DNA of 64,000 nucleotides from Candidatus Yanofskybacteria bacterium (GTDB lineage: Bacteria; Patescibacteriota; Minisyncoccia; JACQLN01), in NCBI GenBank assembly GCA_943359335.1, contig CALRHC010000002.1, forward strand, positions 1,290 to 65,289, written 5' to 3'. Within the stretch, counting starts at the first letter, position 1, and the number at the start of each line of letters is the position of its first letter. The position numbers were made by a program, and so were the translations under genes. The notes under the pieces were generated by a model, which did not search any database, was not told the DNA's origin, and saw nothing but the letters and a program-made list of their open reading frames with translations. Of the stretch, positions 40,782 through 50,227 are shown in pieces.

Positions 40782-40985
40782 TCACCGAGCTCTGGGGGAG
40801 AGCATTAAGGACTCTCCCTGAACTAGGGCGAAGGGACTATCGTCCCTTACTTCGGTTGTTCCGAGAATCACCATTGCGGCCTGGATGTCCAACTCGCGAA
40901 AGAAACCAGGTTGGGTCAGATCCACTACTTCCTTTTCCATACAACGACTCCCCGCGTGTATGAGAAAATTAGGAATCCATTCCAT
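40782..40985 (-). CDS. Small orphan protein
   Basis: ORF followed by a terminator near 40732-40758. Confidence 0.45.
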   Translation of the reverse strand: MEWIPNFLIHAGSRCMEKEVVDLTQPGFFRELDIQAAMVILGTTEVRDDSPFALVQGESLMLSPRAR

Positions 40986-41022
40986 AAAATTTATAAGAGC
41001 GTCATGCTCTTATGATTTTAAT

Positions 41023-41346
41023 CTAGAACAGCTGGTAGTATCCTACTACGAATACCACCACCAACGAGACGATGGACCCGATCCCGATTCCCCTAAAGAT
41101 GGGACCAGGTTTTTCTGGGTACTCGGCACTTCCGCCGTCGTATCCCATAAAAAGGCCCATCTTTGTGAACAGCGGAGACAGATACGGCCGCCCCGACTCT
41201 TCTCGCACATAAAACGCGATAACCAGGATAGAAACCAGCATTATCGTGCCGCCAACTAGAAGCGGCGTAATTAGGGGTATTATGGAACCAGCAGCCGCAG
41301 CTGTTAGCAGTACAATCCAGAACTTCGAGCTTTTTAATGTATCCAT
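41023..41346 (-). CDS. Orphan membrane protein
   Basis: SD GGGAGG, 3 TM segments. Confidence 0.65.
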   Translation of the reverse strand: MDTLKSSKFWIVLLTAAAAGSIIPLITPLLVGGTIMLVSILVIAFYVREESGRPYLSPLFTKMGLFMGYDGGSAEYPEKPGPIFRGIGIGSIVSLVVVFVVGYYQLF

Positions 41347-41380
41347 TTTCTCCCTCCCTAAGAGGTTAAGTTGAGATTAG

Positions 41381-41632
41381 TTATCTACCGGTTTCGTAAA
41401 ATGAAACCATCCTCTGAACCGGGTCTATGTGACTCCTATCATCTATCTCTTGCACGATAGACTCCGCAAACTCCTTGGCTTCCTCAAGAGAAATGCCTAT
41501 GTATTCGGCTTCCTTTTCAATCTTACGCTTGAAGCCAGATGCAAGTCGGATTCCCTTTCGGCGTAATTGCTGTTTCAGAAACAAAAATGCGATCTGACCC
41601 TTGCGAACATCGTCCACAATGAACCTCCTCAT
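41381..41632 (-). CDS. Small hypothetical protein
   Basis: Downstream of a TTGACA/TATAAT promoter; start uncertain. Confidence 0.6.
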   Translation of the reverse strand: MRRFIVDDVRKGQIAFLFLKQQLRRKGIRLASGFKRKIEKEAEYIGISLEEAKEFAESIVQEIDDRSHIDPVQRMVSFYETGR

Positions 41633-41738
41633 AAGTTAAAGATCAAGCATTAACTGTATGCCTTAATTATACACTATTTACAGTTCTTGTCAAGAGACAA
41701 CCTAGCCAACCAAAAAACAGCCTTTTCAGGCTGTTTTT

Positions 41739-42089
41739 CTATATTCTTTGACTATTTATAAGTCCCAAAAGCATTTTTGAAACCTCTGTATAATCTTTAT
41801 AAAAACTACTAAAAACTTCCTCATTTATATGACCATCGTCTTTTATTAGTTCAAGAAGTGATACGCATTCATAAACAGAACCACGAGCTATGGTATAAAA
41901 ATTTCTTTTATCTGCTTTAGAAAATTTACCACTACCTTCGGCAATATTTATTACCGAGCTAATTGAAGCCCTTCTTAATTGATCTCTAATATAAGAATCA
42001 ATCAACTTGTTGTTTCTCAATAAGTTAAGGATATTCTTATTCAATAATTTTGACTTGGAGTAAACGGAAAGTTTTTCAAAATCAAACAT
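41739..42089 (-). CDS. Four helix bundle protein (23S rRNA-IVP-like)
   Basis: FEKL.VY, DQLRRA..S...NIAEG, IARGS..E. Confidence 0.92.
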   Translation of the reverse strand: MFDFEKLSVYSKSKLLNKNILNLLRNNKLIDSYIRDQLRRASISSVINIAEGSGKFSKADKRNFYTIARGSVYECVSLLELIKDDGHINEEVFSSFYKDYTEVSKMLLGLINSQRI

Positions 42090-42096
42090 AACAAGA

Positions 42097-42191
42097 AGTA
42101 ATTAGTGTGAGTATTTAGTATTTAGGTAAATTTTTTCTATTTTTTATTATCTTTTATTGTCCTAATTACTAATTACAAATTACTAACTACT
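42097..42191. repeat. Inverted heptad-repeat hairpin upstream of the four helix bundle gene
   Basis: TTAGTA-like 7-mers (AGTATTTAGTATTTAGG) opposite CCTAATTACTAATTACAAATTACTAACTACT. Confidence 0.75.
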
Positions 42192-42192
42192 T

Positions 42193-42221
42193 TAAATTTT
42201 TGAACGAAGCGAAAAAATTTA
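42193..42221 (-). repeat. Family D minimal hairpin on a stop codon
   Basis: TAAATTTTT-GAACGAAGCGA-AAAAATTTA; one arm includes the stop codon of the 42219-42713 gene. Confidence 0.75.
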
Positions 42222-42713
42222 TGTATGCCTATCCGCAACCACAAAAGCCCCGAAAGACATTGGCTTTGTTTTTACTTCGTAGCCATTTCCCCTAACCATA
42301 CCTACTACCTCTTTTATCATTTCGCGTGTAGCACCATTTTCGCCTACATCTACATGGATTTCGAAATTAAAATTATCTAACAAATTTTCTTTCTTTAAAG
42401 ATTCAAAAAGTTCTTTGTAAACAACTTCGGCCACACTTAAAGATTTTAAAGTTTCGGTATAAATTCTTTCTCGTAATGTTTTAAAATTTTTATGTTCTTG
42501 CCGAGCCCAAAAATACCGGCCACCTGCACCCACGCGACGAACAACAATAGCCGTCACAAAATCTGTGCGGTCTATATAAACTTGAGAATCTGTACCCACT
42601 ATAACTTGGTATTTATGCTTAGCGCTTTCGTGCAAATAATCGTAAACATCGCGAATAACATCGGCAACCGGCATAACACCCTTAGATGGGCTATTAAATT
42701 TGCTGTCTATCAT
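42219..42713 (-). CDS. RNase H-like YkuK/DUF458 family protein
   Basis: IVGTDSQ, RI..E...S, EIHVDVG.NG.T, KP.SFGA..VADR. Confidence 0.88.
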   Translation of the reverse strand: MIDSKFNSPSKGVMPVADVIRDVYDYLHESAKHKYQVIVGTDSQVYIDRTDFVTAIVVRRVGAGGRYFWARQEHKNFKTLRERIYTETLKSLSVAEVVYKELFESLKKENLLDNFNFEIHVDVGENGATREMIKEVVGMVRGNGYEVKTKPMSFGAFVVADRHT

Positions 42714-42740
42714 ATTTAGGAATATAGCAAAACAAACTAA

Positions 42741-43547
42741 CTAAAACAAACTTGGGATTTTATGTTCTTCATCTATAACTCTAGCATCTAAAATTCTATG
42801 AACCTTAAAATATCTTTTGTCTTTGCGAGTGTGGCAATAAGCTTCTACAGTATCTTTGTTTATAGAATAAATTTCTATGTTTCTTTTCTTGCGAGCTTCT
42901 TCGCCATCTTCCGATTTCATAGAAACATAATCTATTTCTACTAATTTTTTATTCTTATATGCATCGGCCAAAATTGCCTGTATATCTTTTTTTTCTTTAT
43001 CGTTAAACCAACTAGCAACCACTGTTTGCAAACCGCTTACGCGCGATTCAAACAAAACCGAACCATGATTTAAACCATATTCGTAAACTTCTTTGGTTAA
43101 CTTAACATCTTGCAAACAATATTTTTTAATCTGGTCGATCTTGCCTTCCTTATACCATTGCAAAGCTTCTAAGCCATGCCCAGATTTTTGCTCGCCTAGT
43201 GTTGCACTGGCCAAAGCACCAAGCCCTGGCCGGTAACCTAAAACCGCTTCTAACTTCTCCATTAAATCTAGTGTAGGCGCTTCGGCTATAGTAAAGTTTT
43301 TAAAATAAGGTTGTATAACTTGATTATCGAAATGCTTGGTATTAAAACCAATTATCAAACTGGCATCCGCCATTACTTTTTCTAGTTCGGGTAAATCTTT
43401 TTCTTCGTAGGCTTTATAGGTGTTGTCGGCATAAGTGTATACACCAACAACAGAAATACCCAACATATGAACATTTCTAAAACCACCGACTTCGGCGAGT
43501 TCCTTTTGAGTTTCTACATCAAAAACAAGTCTTTTATCTTGTTGCAT
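42741..43547 (-). CDS. RNase H-like (DnaQ-type) exonuclease domain fused to a WYL domain
   Basis: VFDVET, GFN...FD, YCLQDV; C-terminal IDY...R.IE.Y....AYCH.RKDKR.F...RI. Confidence 0.8.
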   Translation of the reverse strand: MQQDKRLVFDVETQKELAEVGGFRNVHMLGISVVGVYTYADNTYKAYEEKDLPELEKVMADASLIIGFNTKHFDNQVIQPYFKNFTIAEAPTLDLMEKLEAVLGYRPGLGALASATLGEQKSGHGLEALQWYKEGKIDQIKKYCLQDVKLTKEVYEYGLNHGSVLFESRVSGLQTVVASWFNDKEKKDIQAILADAYKNKKLVEIDYVSMKSEDGEEARKKRNIEIYSINKDTVEAYCHTRKDKRYFKVHRILDARVIDEEHKIPSLF

Positions 43548-43617
43548 TAGACGATATTACCATAAAATCAAACCCCGCCAAAAGACGGGGTTTGTAATTA
43601 CGTAATTACTTAGTTGC

Positions 43618-44163
43618 CTAATTACTTCTAATTTTCTTATATCCCAACCAAATAAGAATTGCGAGCGCAACACCCAAAACAATAAAACGTAAGTAATCGT
43701 TCATATCGGACCAATAACGAATAGTGCCAACAATAAGCGACAGAAGTCCTCCACCCAAAAAGCCATTGGCTACTGGCGCAGCGCTGATAACTAAAAAACC
43801 AAGGCCAAGCGAAATAAGGCCTAAAATAACAAGGGCTATAAATACATTGCGGTTATAAACATCGCGTGCGGATTCATAACTTTCGCGGCACTTAGCCGTA
43901 GAATCGCACCAACTCGTCTCGCCTGTTTGAGGTTGAGGCTTCATGGGTACTATCTGCCCATCGTAATTAACTTGATTACTTTCGTACCACTTTCCACCCA
44001 CCGCTTCGCACGAAGCTTTTTCGGTATAAACTTTTTGAGTTAACTCGACCGAACAAAAGTTTTCAAACTTAGGTTCCGGATAAAAAGTAAAAACCCCGTA
44101 ATTAAAAAACAAATTGAGCACTATTACTATGGCCAAAGCCAAAATTATTTCTTTTATTTTCAT
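43618..44163 (-). CDS. Hypothetical membrane protein
   Basis: 4 TM segments with a Cys-containing loop (CEAVGGKW). Confidence 0.75.
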   Translation of the reverse strand: MKIKEIILALAIVIVLNLFFNYGVFTFYPEPKFENFCSVELTQKVYTEKASCEAVGGKWYESNQVNYDGQIVPMKPQPQTGETSWCDSTAKCRESYESARDVYNRNVFIALVILGLISLGLGFLVISAAPVANGFLGGGLLSLIVGTIRYWSDMNDYLRFIVLGVALAILIWLGYKKIRSN

Positions 44164-44165
44164 AT

Positions 44166-44753
44166 TTATTTAAACAACCTAAAAGAGTTATAAATTTTAT
44201 TTAAAATATCATTATCATCTTCACTATAGAAAATAAGGATTTTACCATCGCCGAGCCAAACATACATTTCATAAACATTACCTATCATTCCTTCGAAATT
44301 TCTGCGATGCAAAATAACCATGGCCTCGCCTAGTTTTTTTACCACAAAGGTGGAATAAAATTTTTCACCAATTACATTGTTTCCACCAAGATTAAAATAT
44401 AAACTCCTTAAGTTATTTTCATATTCGGCTAAGGATTTAAATTTAACATCTTGATAATATGCCTTGATTCCAGAAGCTTCATAATATCCATCCTTTTTAA
44501 AAAAACCAACAATCGCCACACCATCAGGATTTTCTTCTGCGCTATAATATTCCGGATATTTTATCTCAAACCCATACTTTTCATTTCTATAAGTTTTCCA
44601 ATTCGCGGTTTCGTCTGCGACTTTTTGATTTGCATTTGAATTTTCCGCTGGAGCATAAGCTGGTTTTTTAGAGAGATAAAAATACCCGCCACCGAGTAGT
44701 AAAATTCCTAGTGCGATGATAACAACATCTTTTATAAATCCTTTTTGGTTCAT
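44166..44753 (-). CDS. PsbP-like surface protein with prepilin-like N-terminus, paralog 2
   Basis: MNQKGF + TM, WKTYRNEKYGFEIKYP, C-terminal SFRL. Confidence 0.72.
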   Translation of the reverse strand: MNQKGFIKDVVIIALGILLLGGGYFYLSKKPAYAPAENSNANQKVADETANWKTYRNEKYGFEIKYPEYYSAEENPDGVAIVGFFKKDGYYEASGIKAYYQDVKFKSLAEYENNLRSLYFNLGGNNVIGEKFYSTFVVKKLGEAMVILHRRNFEGMIGNVYEMYVWLGDGKILIFYSEDDNDILNKIYNSFRLFK

Positions 44754-44754
44754 G

Positions 44755-44976
44755 TTATTTTAATAACTTCTCAAATTCAGACGGGGATAATTCGGCGTCT
44801 CGTAAAATTTTTCTTAACAGACCATGACCAATAATTTTATGATCTGGTATGGTTACTGATTTTCTACCTGGGCAAAACAATCGCATATGACTACCGCGCT
44901 GACGAACTTGCCTGTAACCAATTCTGCTAAGAGTTTTTGTTAATTCCTTACCTGAAAATAAAGGCAGGCGAGTCAT
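44755..44976 (-). CDS. hicA: HicA family toxin
   Basis: RQRGSH, VTIPDH, GLLRKILRDA. Confidence 0.92.
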   Translation of the reverse strand: MTRLPLFSGKELTKTLSRIGYRQVRQRGSHMRLFCPGRKSVTIPDHKIIGHGLLRKILRDAELSPSEFEKLLK

Positions 44977-44981
44977 ATATA

Positions 44982-45233
44982 CTAGAAAGACATTGTATAT
45001 AAACTTAATTCTTTAGAACGATAGGCTTTAAGCAAATCTTTATTTCCTTTGTCTTCTATAATTAGCTCAATAACTTCGCGTATGTTTTTTAAAGCCTCGT
45101 TTTTTGTTTTACCTTGACTGTAACATCCTTCAAAAACAGGACATTCCACCACATAAAAACCGTCCTCGTCTTTTTCTACAAGCAAGGGCAGTTTAGAGCC
45201 TAATCGTTTGGTTTTAGTACTAACCTTTGACAT
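44982..45233 (-). CDS. hicB: HicB family antitoxin (short form)
   Basis: EKDEDG.YVV.CP..GC.SQG.T..EAL.NIRE. Confidence 0.92.
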   Translation of the reverse strand: MSKVSTKTKRLGSKLPLLVEKDEDGFYVVECPVFEGCYSQGKTKNEALKNIREVIELIIEDKGNKDLLKAYRSKELSLYTMSF

Positions 45234-45309
45234 ATTGATTTTACCTTAGCTTATTTTGAGACCTTTGCCAATTATTCTTTAATCACCGCTAAAGCCAAAA
45301 TTATTTATT

Positions 45310-45819
45310 TTATTTTGTGAATTTGAAGGTTGATAAAACCTTGTTACAAAAATCCAAAATATCTAATCCACCATAATCTACACAATTGGCATAAACTTTC
45401 CGATTATCTTTATAAAAATAAATTGGATTCTCGCCGTCTATATTATTATTTTTAGTAAATAAAACAGTTTTCACTGATACGATTTGATATCTACTATCCG
45501 CCACATTACTTATCGTTAATCTTGCTGGCTCGTAACCTCCCGCCAATAAATCATAACTCACATCTACCTGAAAATCGGCGGCATTTTGAAAAAAAGACTG
45601 ATCAATAACGTCTGAACTTTTTGGGTATCTGAATTCAATTTCATATTTTTCATTTCTATAAGTCTTCCAATCTTTAGTTTCATCGGCAATTTGATTTTGA
45701 TTCGTATTTTCCGCTGGAGCATAGGCTGGGTTTTTGGAAAAATAAAAATACCCACCGCCTAGCAGTAGAATCGCTAGTACAATAATGACAATGTCTTTAA
45801 TAAAACCTTTTTGGTTCAT
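45310..45819 (-). CDS. PsbP-like surface protein with prepilin-like N-terminus, paralog 1
   Basis: MNQKGF + TM, WKTYRNEKYEIEFRYP, C-terminal LSTFKF. Confidence 0.72.
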   Translation of the reverse strand: MNQKGFIKDIVIIVLAILLLGGGYFYFSKNPAYAPAENTNQNQIADETKDWKTYRNEKYEIEFRYPKSSDVIDQSFFQNAADFQVDVSYDLLAGGYEPARLTISNVADSRYQIVSVKTVLFTKNNNIDGENPIYFYKDNRKVYANCVDYGGLDILDFCNKVLSTFKFTK

Positions 45820-45831
45820 AGTTTAAATGTA

Positions 45832-47160
45832 TCACTTTTTACTTAACTTCTCTATCTCCTCTAAAACAATAGCTTTTTCATCCCAATCCATGGAACCAAA
45901 CTTGGTCATCATGGTTTTTTCGGCGCCTTTGCCCGTTATTAAAACCACATCACCGTGCCTGGCGGATTCTAACGCTTCGCGTATAGCCAAACGCCTGTCC
46001 ATAATTTTTCTGTATTTTTTATGCTTAATGCCTTTAGCCACCTCGTTAACAATTTTTTCTGGGTCTTCGGTATAAGGGTCTTCGTCGGTCAAAAATATTT
46101 CGTCGCAATAATTTTCGGAAATTGTACCCATTTCTTTTCTCTTCCATTTATCGCGCCCTCCACCAGCTGCCCCCAAGACACCAATTAATTTATGGCTATT
46201 TTTTGTCCAGAACGATTTTGCCACACGATAAACCGCTTCTAGAGCATCTGGTGTATGTGCGTAATCTATAACCACCAAAAATGGTTTTTCCTGTAAAATT
46301 TCTAACCTACCTGGTGCACCCTTAAAACTTTCTATGGCTTTCTTAATATGTTTATGTGGGATTTCGTAAGCACGAGCCACCGCCACAGCCGCCAAAGTGT
46401 TATATAAATTAAAATCCCCTAACAATGGGCTTTGGTATTTTTCTTCTTCTAAAACAAACTCTACGCCATTTGCCGAAAACTTTATATTTTCTGGAATAAA
46501 ATTATTTTTAACACCTGCGCGAATATTTTCTTTTAATAAACCATAGCCTATTTTTTCGTCTGCGTTAAAGTTGGCGTAATAGTAAGCCGAGGGGTCATCT
46601 AGATTTATTACACTTATCTTTTTATTCTTTTTAGGCACAAAAAATTTATCTACGGTTTTTTTCTTTAAGGAGTCAAAAAGTATACCTTTAGCTTTTTTAT
46701 ATTTTTCGAACGAGCCATGGCTTTCTATGTGTTCCGGCCGAACATTGGTTAAAACTGCGGTATCAAAATTTATAAAAGCAGCACGATTTTGCTTTAAGCC
46801 TTCCGAAGTAACTTCTACAATTGCATACTGGCAACCAGCATTGGCAGCTTTACGCAAAAAATCTTGCAAGGCAAAACGCCCCGGCATAGTCATTTTAAGT
46901 TTGTTGTCTTCGTATTTATCTTTAATACGAAAGCGTATTGTAGAGGTAGAAGCTATATTTAAACCAAAATCTGTAAAAATTTCGTGAAGTAGTTGAACAA
47001 CTGTAGATTTTCCATTTGTACCCGTTACACCTATTACAATAAGTTCACGCGAAGGAAACTTGTTTTTAATGGCCCCAATAAAAGAAGCAAGCCAATGAAA
47101 ATATTCGTAAAAACTTTTTGGTAAAACTTTTCTTACTATTTTTTTAATTTCTGAAATCAT
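45832..47160 (-). CDS. murE: Mur ligase, MurE-like
   Basis: GVTGTNGKST, EVTS, DYAHTPD, GGRDK.KR, GKG.E. Confidence 0.9.
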   Translation of the reverse strand: MISEIKKIVRKVLPKSFYEYFHWLASFIGAIKNKFPSRELIVIGVTGTNGKSTVVQLLHEIFTDFGLNIASTSTIRFRIKDKYEDNKLKMTMPGRFALQDFLRKAANAGCQYAIVEVTSEGLKQNRAAFINFDTAVLTNVRPEHIESHGSFEKYKKAKGILFDSLKKKTVDKFFVPKKNKKISVINLDDPSAYYYANFNADEKIGYGLLKENIRAGVKNNFIPENIKFSANGVEFVLEEEKYQSPLLGDFNLYNTLAAVAVARAYEIPHKHIKKAIESFKGAPGRLEILQEKPFLVVIDYAHTPDALEAVYRVAKSFWTKNSHKLIGVLGAAGGGRDKWKRKEMGTISENYCDEIFLTDEDPYTEDPEKIVNEVAKGIKHKKYRKIMDRRLAIREALESARHGDVVLITGKGAEKTMMTKFGSMDWDEKAIVLEEIEKLSKK

Positions 47161-47741
47161 TTAGATAATAATTTTAAAGCTTCTTCTATTCTACGCTCAA
47201 CACCTTTGGTTTCTGCTGGTATTTTTTTAAGAACATCGCGCGCCTGATAACTTGTATAGCCCAAGCTTTGTAAAGCTTCTAGAATATCGGAATCTTCGGA
47301 AATAGTTTGAGAAGCCATACTTGTAGCCAATGATGCTAAGGTTAACGCTTTCGATTTTAAATCTATTATTATTTTCTGCGCTGTTTTTGCGCCAATACCC
47401 GAAACTCTTTTTAAAACCCCTTCCTCGCCTTTTGTTATAGCGGCAATAATCATTTCGAACGGAACTTCGTCTACCATAGCCATAGCACTACGTGGCCCAA
47501 CACCAGAAACTGTTATTAACATTTCAAAAATATCTAGTTCTTCTGTATTTAAAAAACCGTATAATTCTTGCGTGTCTTCACGCTGATATGGATGCGTAAA
47601 AACCTTTACAAGTTCGCCATTTTCTTGTATTTTTCCAAGTGCACTGTTAGTCATAAAAATGCGGTAACCCAAAGACCCGCATTTAAGTATGCACCTGCGA
47701 TCATATTTTTTTATTAATTCACCTTCTAGGTAGCCGATCAT
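47157..47741 (-). CDS. ruvA: Holliday junction DNA-binding protein RuvA
   Basis: MIGYLEG, RED..LYGF, VSGVGP, GIG.KTA. Confidence 0.95.
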   Translation of the reverse strand: MIGYLEGELIKKYDRRCILKCGSLGYRIFMTNSALGKIQENGELVKVFTHPYQREDTQELYGFLNTEELDIFEMLITVSGVGPRSAMAMVDEVPFEMIIAAITKGEEGVLKRVSGIGAKTAQKIIIDLKSKALTLASLATSMASQTISEDSDILEALQSLGYTSYQARDVLKKIPAETKGVERRIEEALKLLSK

Positions 47742-47749
47742 GATAAAAA

Positions 47750-47756
47750 TATCATA
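47750..47756. promoter_or_regulatory. Putative bidirectional -10 element shared by ruvA and uvrB
   Basis: TATCAT (+) overlaps TATGAT (-), each 9 nt from its ATG. Confidence 0.6.
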
Positions 47757-47764
47757 ACCCGAAT

Positions 47765-49705
47765 ATGTCACGATTCAAACTCGTATCAAAATTTAAACCA
47801 ACAGGAGATCAGCCAGAAGCAATCAAAAAATTGACCGAGGGAGTTTTAGCTGGCGCAAAAGCTCAAACTTTACTGGGTGTAACTGGTTCTGGTAAAACAT
47901 TCACAATAGCTAATGTTATAGAAAACGTTCAAAAGCCAACCTTAGTAGTTTCTCACAATAAAACTCTGGCTTGGCAATTATACCAAGAGTTTAAAGATTT
48001 CTTTCCCGAAAACGAAGTTCATTATTTTGTTTCTTACTACGACTACTACCAACCCGAAGCCTATATGCCCCAAACCGATACCTATATAGAAAAAGACGCA
48101 AAGATAAACCAAGAAATAGACAAACTTCGCCATGCCGCCACCCAAGCCGTACTTTCAAACCCCGACACCATAATAGTGGCTTCAGTTTCTTGTATATACA
48201 ATATTGGCGATCCTAACGAATACCAAAATGCGGCTATGTTTTTAAAAACCGGTATTAATATTTCTAGAAAAGATTTTTTAAAAAGATTAGTGCTGATGCA
48301 GTTTTCTCGTAACAATATTGCACCGCTCCCTGGAACATTTAGAACTAAAGGCGAAACTATAGAAGTTAACCTACCAACCGGCGAAGAAATTATACGTGTA
48401 AATTTTTTTGGTAGTGAAATAGAAAAAATATGGAGCTCGAAGCAAGGAATTTTAAACGAATATACTCTATTCCCTGCCAAACACTTTATTACTTCGGAGC
48501 GGAAGCTAAAAATTGCGCTTGCCAACATTCAAACAGAACTAGATGAATGTTTAAAAGAATTAAGAAAAGAAAATAAAGTTTTAGAAGCCGCCCGCTTAGA
48601 ACAGCGCACTCATTACGATATGGAAATGTTAGCTGAAGCCGGTTATTGCTCGGGTATAGAAAACTATTCTCGCCATTTAGCTTTTAAAAAACCTGGGGAA
48701 TCGCCTTATACACTTTTAGATTTTTTTCCTAAAGATTCCTTGCTTATAGTAGACGAATCTCATATGACTATCCCCCAAATACGGGGAATGTACAACGGCG
48801 ACCGAGCCAGAAAAACCACTTTGGTTGAACATGGCTTTAGAATGCCTTCGGCTTTAGATAATCGCCCTATGATGTTTAAAGAATGGGAGGATAAAAATAA
48901 ACAAACAATTTTCTCTTCGGCTACACCCAACGATTATGAATTAGAAAAATCACACAACCCTTCGGCAGGCTCAGGGCAAGCTAAGCAAAATTTGTATTTA
49001 GCCGAACAATTAATAAGACCAACTCATATTTTAGATCCTATAGTTGAAGTACGGCCAACCGAAGGTCAAATTGATAACGCCCTAAAAGAAATAAAAGACC
49101 GAGCTAAGCTTGGTGAGAGGGTTTTAATTACCGTGGTTACGAAACGTTTAGCCGAAGACCTAGCCGAACATTTAGCTAAAGCTGGTATTAAAGCGGCTTA
49201 TTTACATTCGGAAATTAAAACCATGAACCGCCCCGAAATTTTAAACGATCTGCGAAGCGGAAAAATAGATGCGCTGGTGGGTGTAAATTTACTTCGTGAG
49301 GGTTTAGATTTACCCGAAGTTTCTTTAATTTTAATTTTTGACGCCGATAAAGAAGGTTTTTTAAGAAATGAAACTACTATGGTACAAACCATCGGCCGCG
49401 CCGCGCGCCACATAGACGGCAAAGTTATTATGTATGCCGATAAAATAACAGGCTCTATGAAATCGGCAATTAGAGAAACTGAACGCCGCCGCACTGCTCA
49501 AGAAAAATATAATAAAGAAAACGGCTTTGAACCTGTAGCTATTAAAAAAGATATTAAACTTACACCAGTTATACCCGAACCAGAAAGGATCTGGTTGGAA
49601 TCTAAAACCAAAAAAGAACTGGAGCGCGAACTTAAAGCCGCCATTGCGGAATGGGATTTTGAAAAATCTATTTTAATTAGAGATTATTTAAAAACATTAG
49701 AATAA
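47765..49705 (+). CDS. uvrB: Excinuclease ABC subunit B
   Basis: GVTGSGKT, YYDYYQPEAY, DESH, LLREGLD.PEV, QTIGRAAR. Confidence 0.97.
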   Translation: MSRFKLVSKFKPTGDQPEAIKKLTEGVLAGAKAQTLLGVTGSGKTFTIANVIENVQKPTLVVSHNKTLAWQLYQEFKDFFPENEVHYFVSYYDYYQPEAYMPQTDTYIEKDAKINQEIDKLRHAATQAVLSNPDTIIVASVSCIYNIGDPNEYQNAAMFLKTGINISRKDFLKRLVLMQFSRNNIAPLPGTFRTKGETIEVNLPTGEEIIRVNFFGSEIEKIWSSKQGILNEYTLFPAKHFITSERKLKIALANIQTELDECLKELRKENKVLEAARLEQRTHYDMEMLAEAGYCSGIENYSRHLAFKKPGESPYTLLDFFPKDSLLIVDESHMTIPQIRGMYNGDRARKTTLVEHGFRMPSALDNRPMMFKEWEDKNKQTIFSSATPNDYELEKSHNPSAGSGQAKQNLYLAEQLIRPTHILDPIVEVRPTEGQIDNALKEIKDRAKLGERVLITVVTKRLAEDLAEHLAKAGIKAAYLHSEIKTMNRPEILNDLRSGKIDALVGVNLLREGLDLPEVSLILIFDADKEGFLRNETTMVQTIGRAARHIDGKVIMYADKITGSMKSAIRETERRRTAQEKYNKENGFEPVAIKKDIKLTPVIPEPERIWLESKTKKELERELKAAIAEWDFEKSILIRDYLKTLE

Positions 49706-49768
49706 CATCCTTACATTCCTGCCTGCCGGCAGGCAGGCTCAAGTTTGTAAGTATGATATAAATGTTAT
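49702..49768 (+). repeat. Nested palindrome starting on the uvrB stop codon
   Basis: Perfect CCTGCCTGCCGGCAGGCAGG (49718-49737) inside ATAACAT..CTTACA / TGTAAG..ATGTTAT arms. Confidence 0.8.
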
Positions 49769-49809
49769 GTAATAAAATAAGCAGGCCGTTTTGACCTGCT
49801 TCGCAGAAG

Positions 49810-50199
49810 CTACACCATACCAAGTTCACTTTTTAATTTATCGAGTTCCTCCATAGAACTTATAGGAAATTGTCTTTCGCCTACTGATACTACTATAGGC
49901 ATTTTCTGCACAGAAACAGAGTTGTTTATAACTCTCACAAAAGCCGGATCACTTACAGCGCCTCTCAGTATATCTCGAATATCAGCATCAAGTTTTTGAC
50001 ATGCAAATTCATAAGCCATTCGTCTAAACCTTAAGGCAAGTAATGACCATAAAAAGGTCATGGTGAGCCAAATAGCACCTGTAATAATAAAGGCAATATC
50101 TGTATCTAAGTAAAAAAGAATGAATGTGTTAGCTATGCCAACAACCAAAGTAAAAACCCACAATATTCCAAACCACTTATCCAACCCCTTGATATTCAT
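49810..50199 (-). CDS. Orphan membrane protein
   Basis: 2 TM segments; GTTCTTTAAA and AGGAGG upstream. Confidence 0.68.
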   Translation of the reverse strand: MNIKGLDKWFGILWVFTLVVGIANTFILFYLDTDIAFIITGAIWLTMTFLWSLLALRFRRMAYEFACQKLDADIRDILRGAVSDPAFVRVINNSVSVQKMPIVVSVGERQFPISSMEELDKLKSELGMV

Positions 50200-50227
50200 A
50201 GAAAACCCTCCTTTTTATTTAAAGAAC

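Noticed and set aside
41739-42089. Avd of a diversity-generating retroelement
   Set aside because: Sequence fits the 23S rRNA-IVP four helix bundle type; no reverse transcriptase or TR/VR pair in the window
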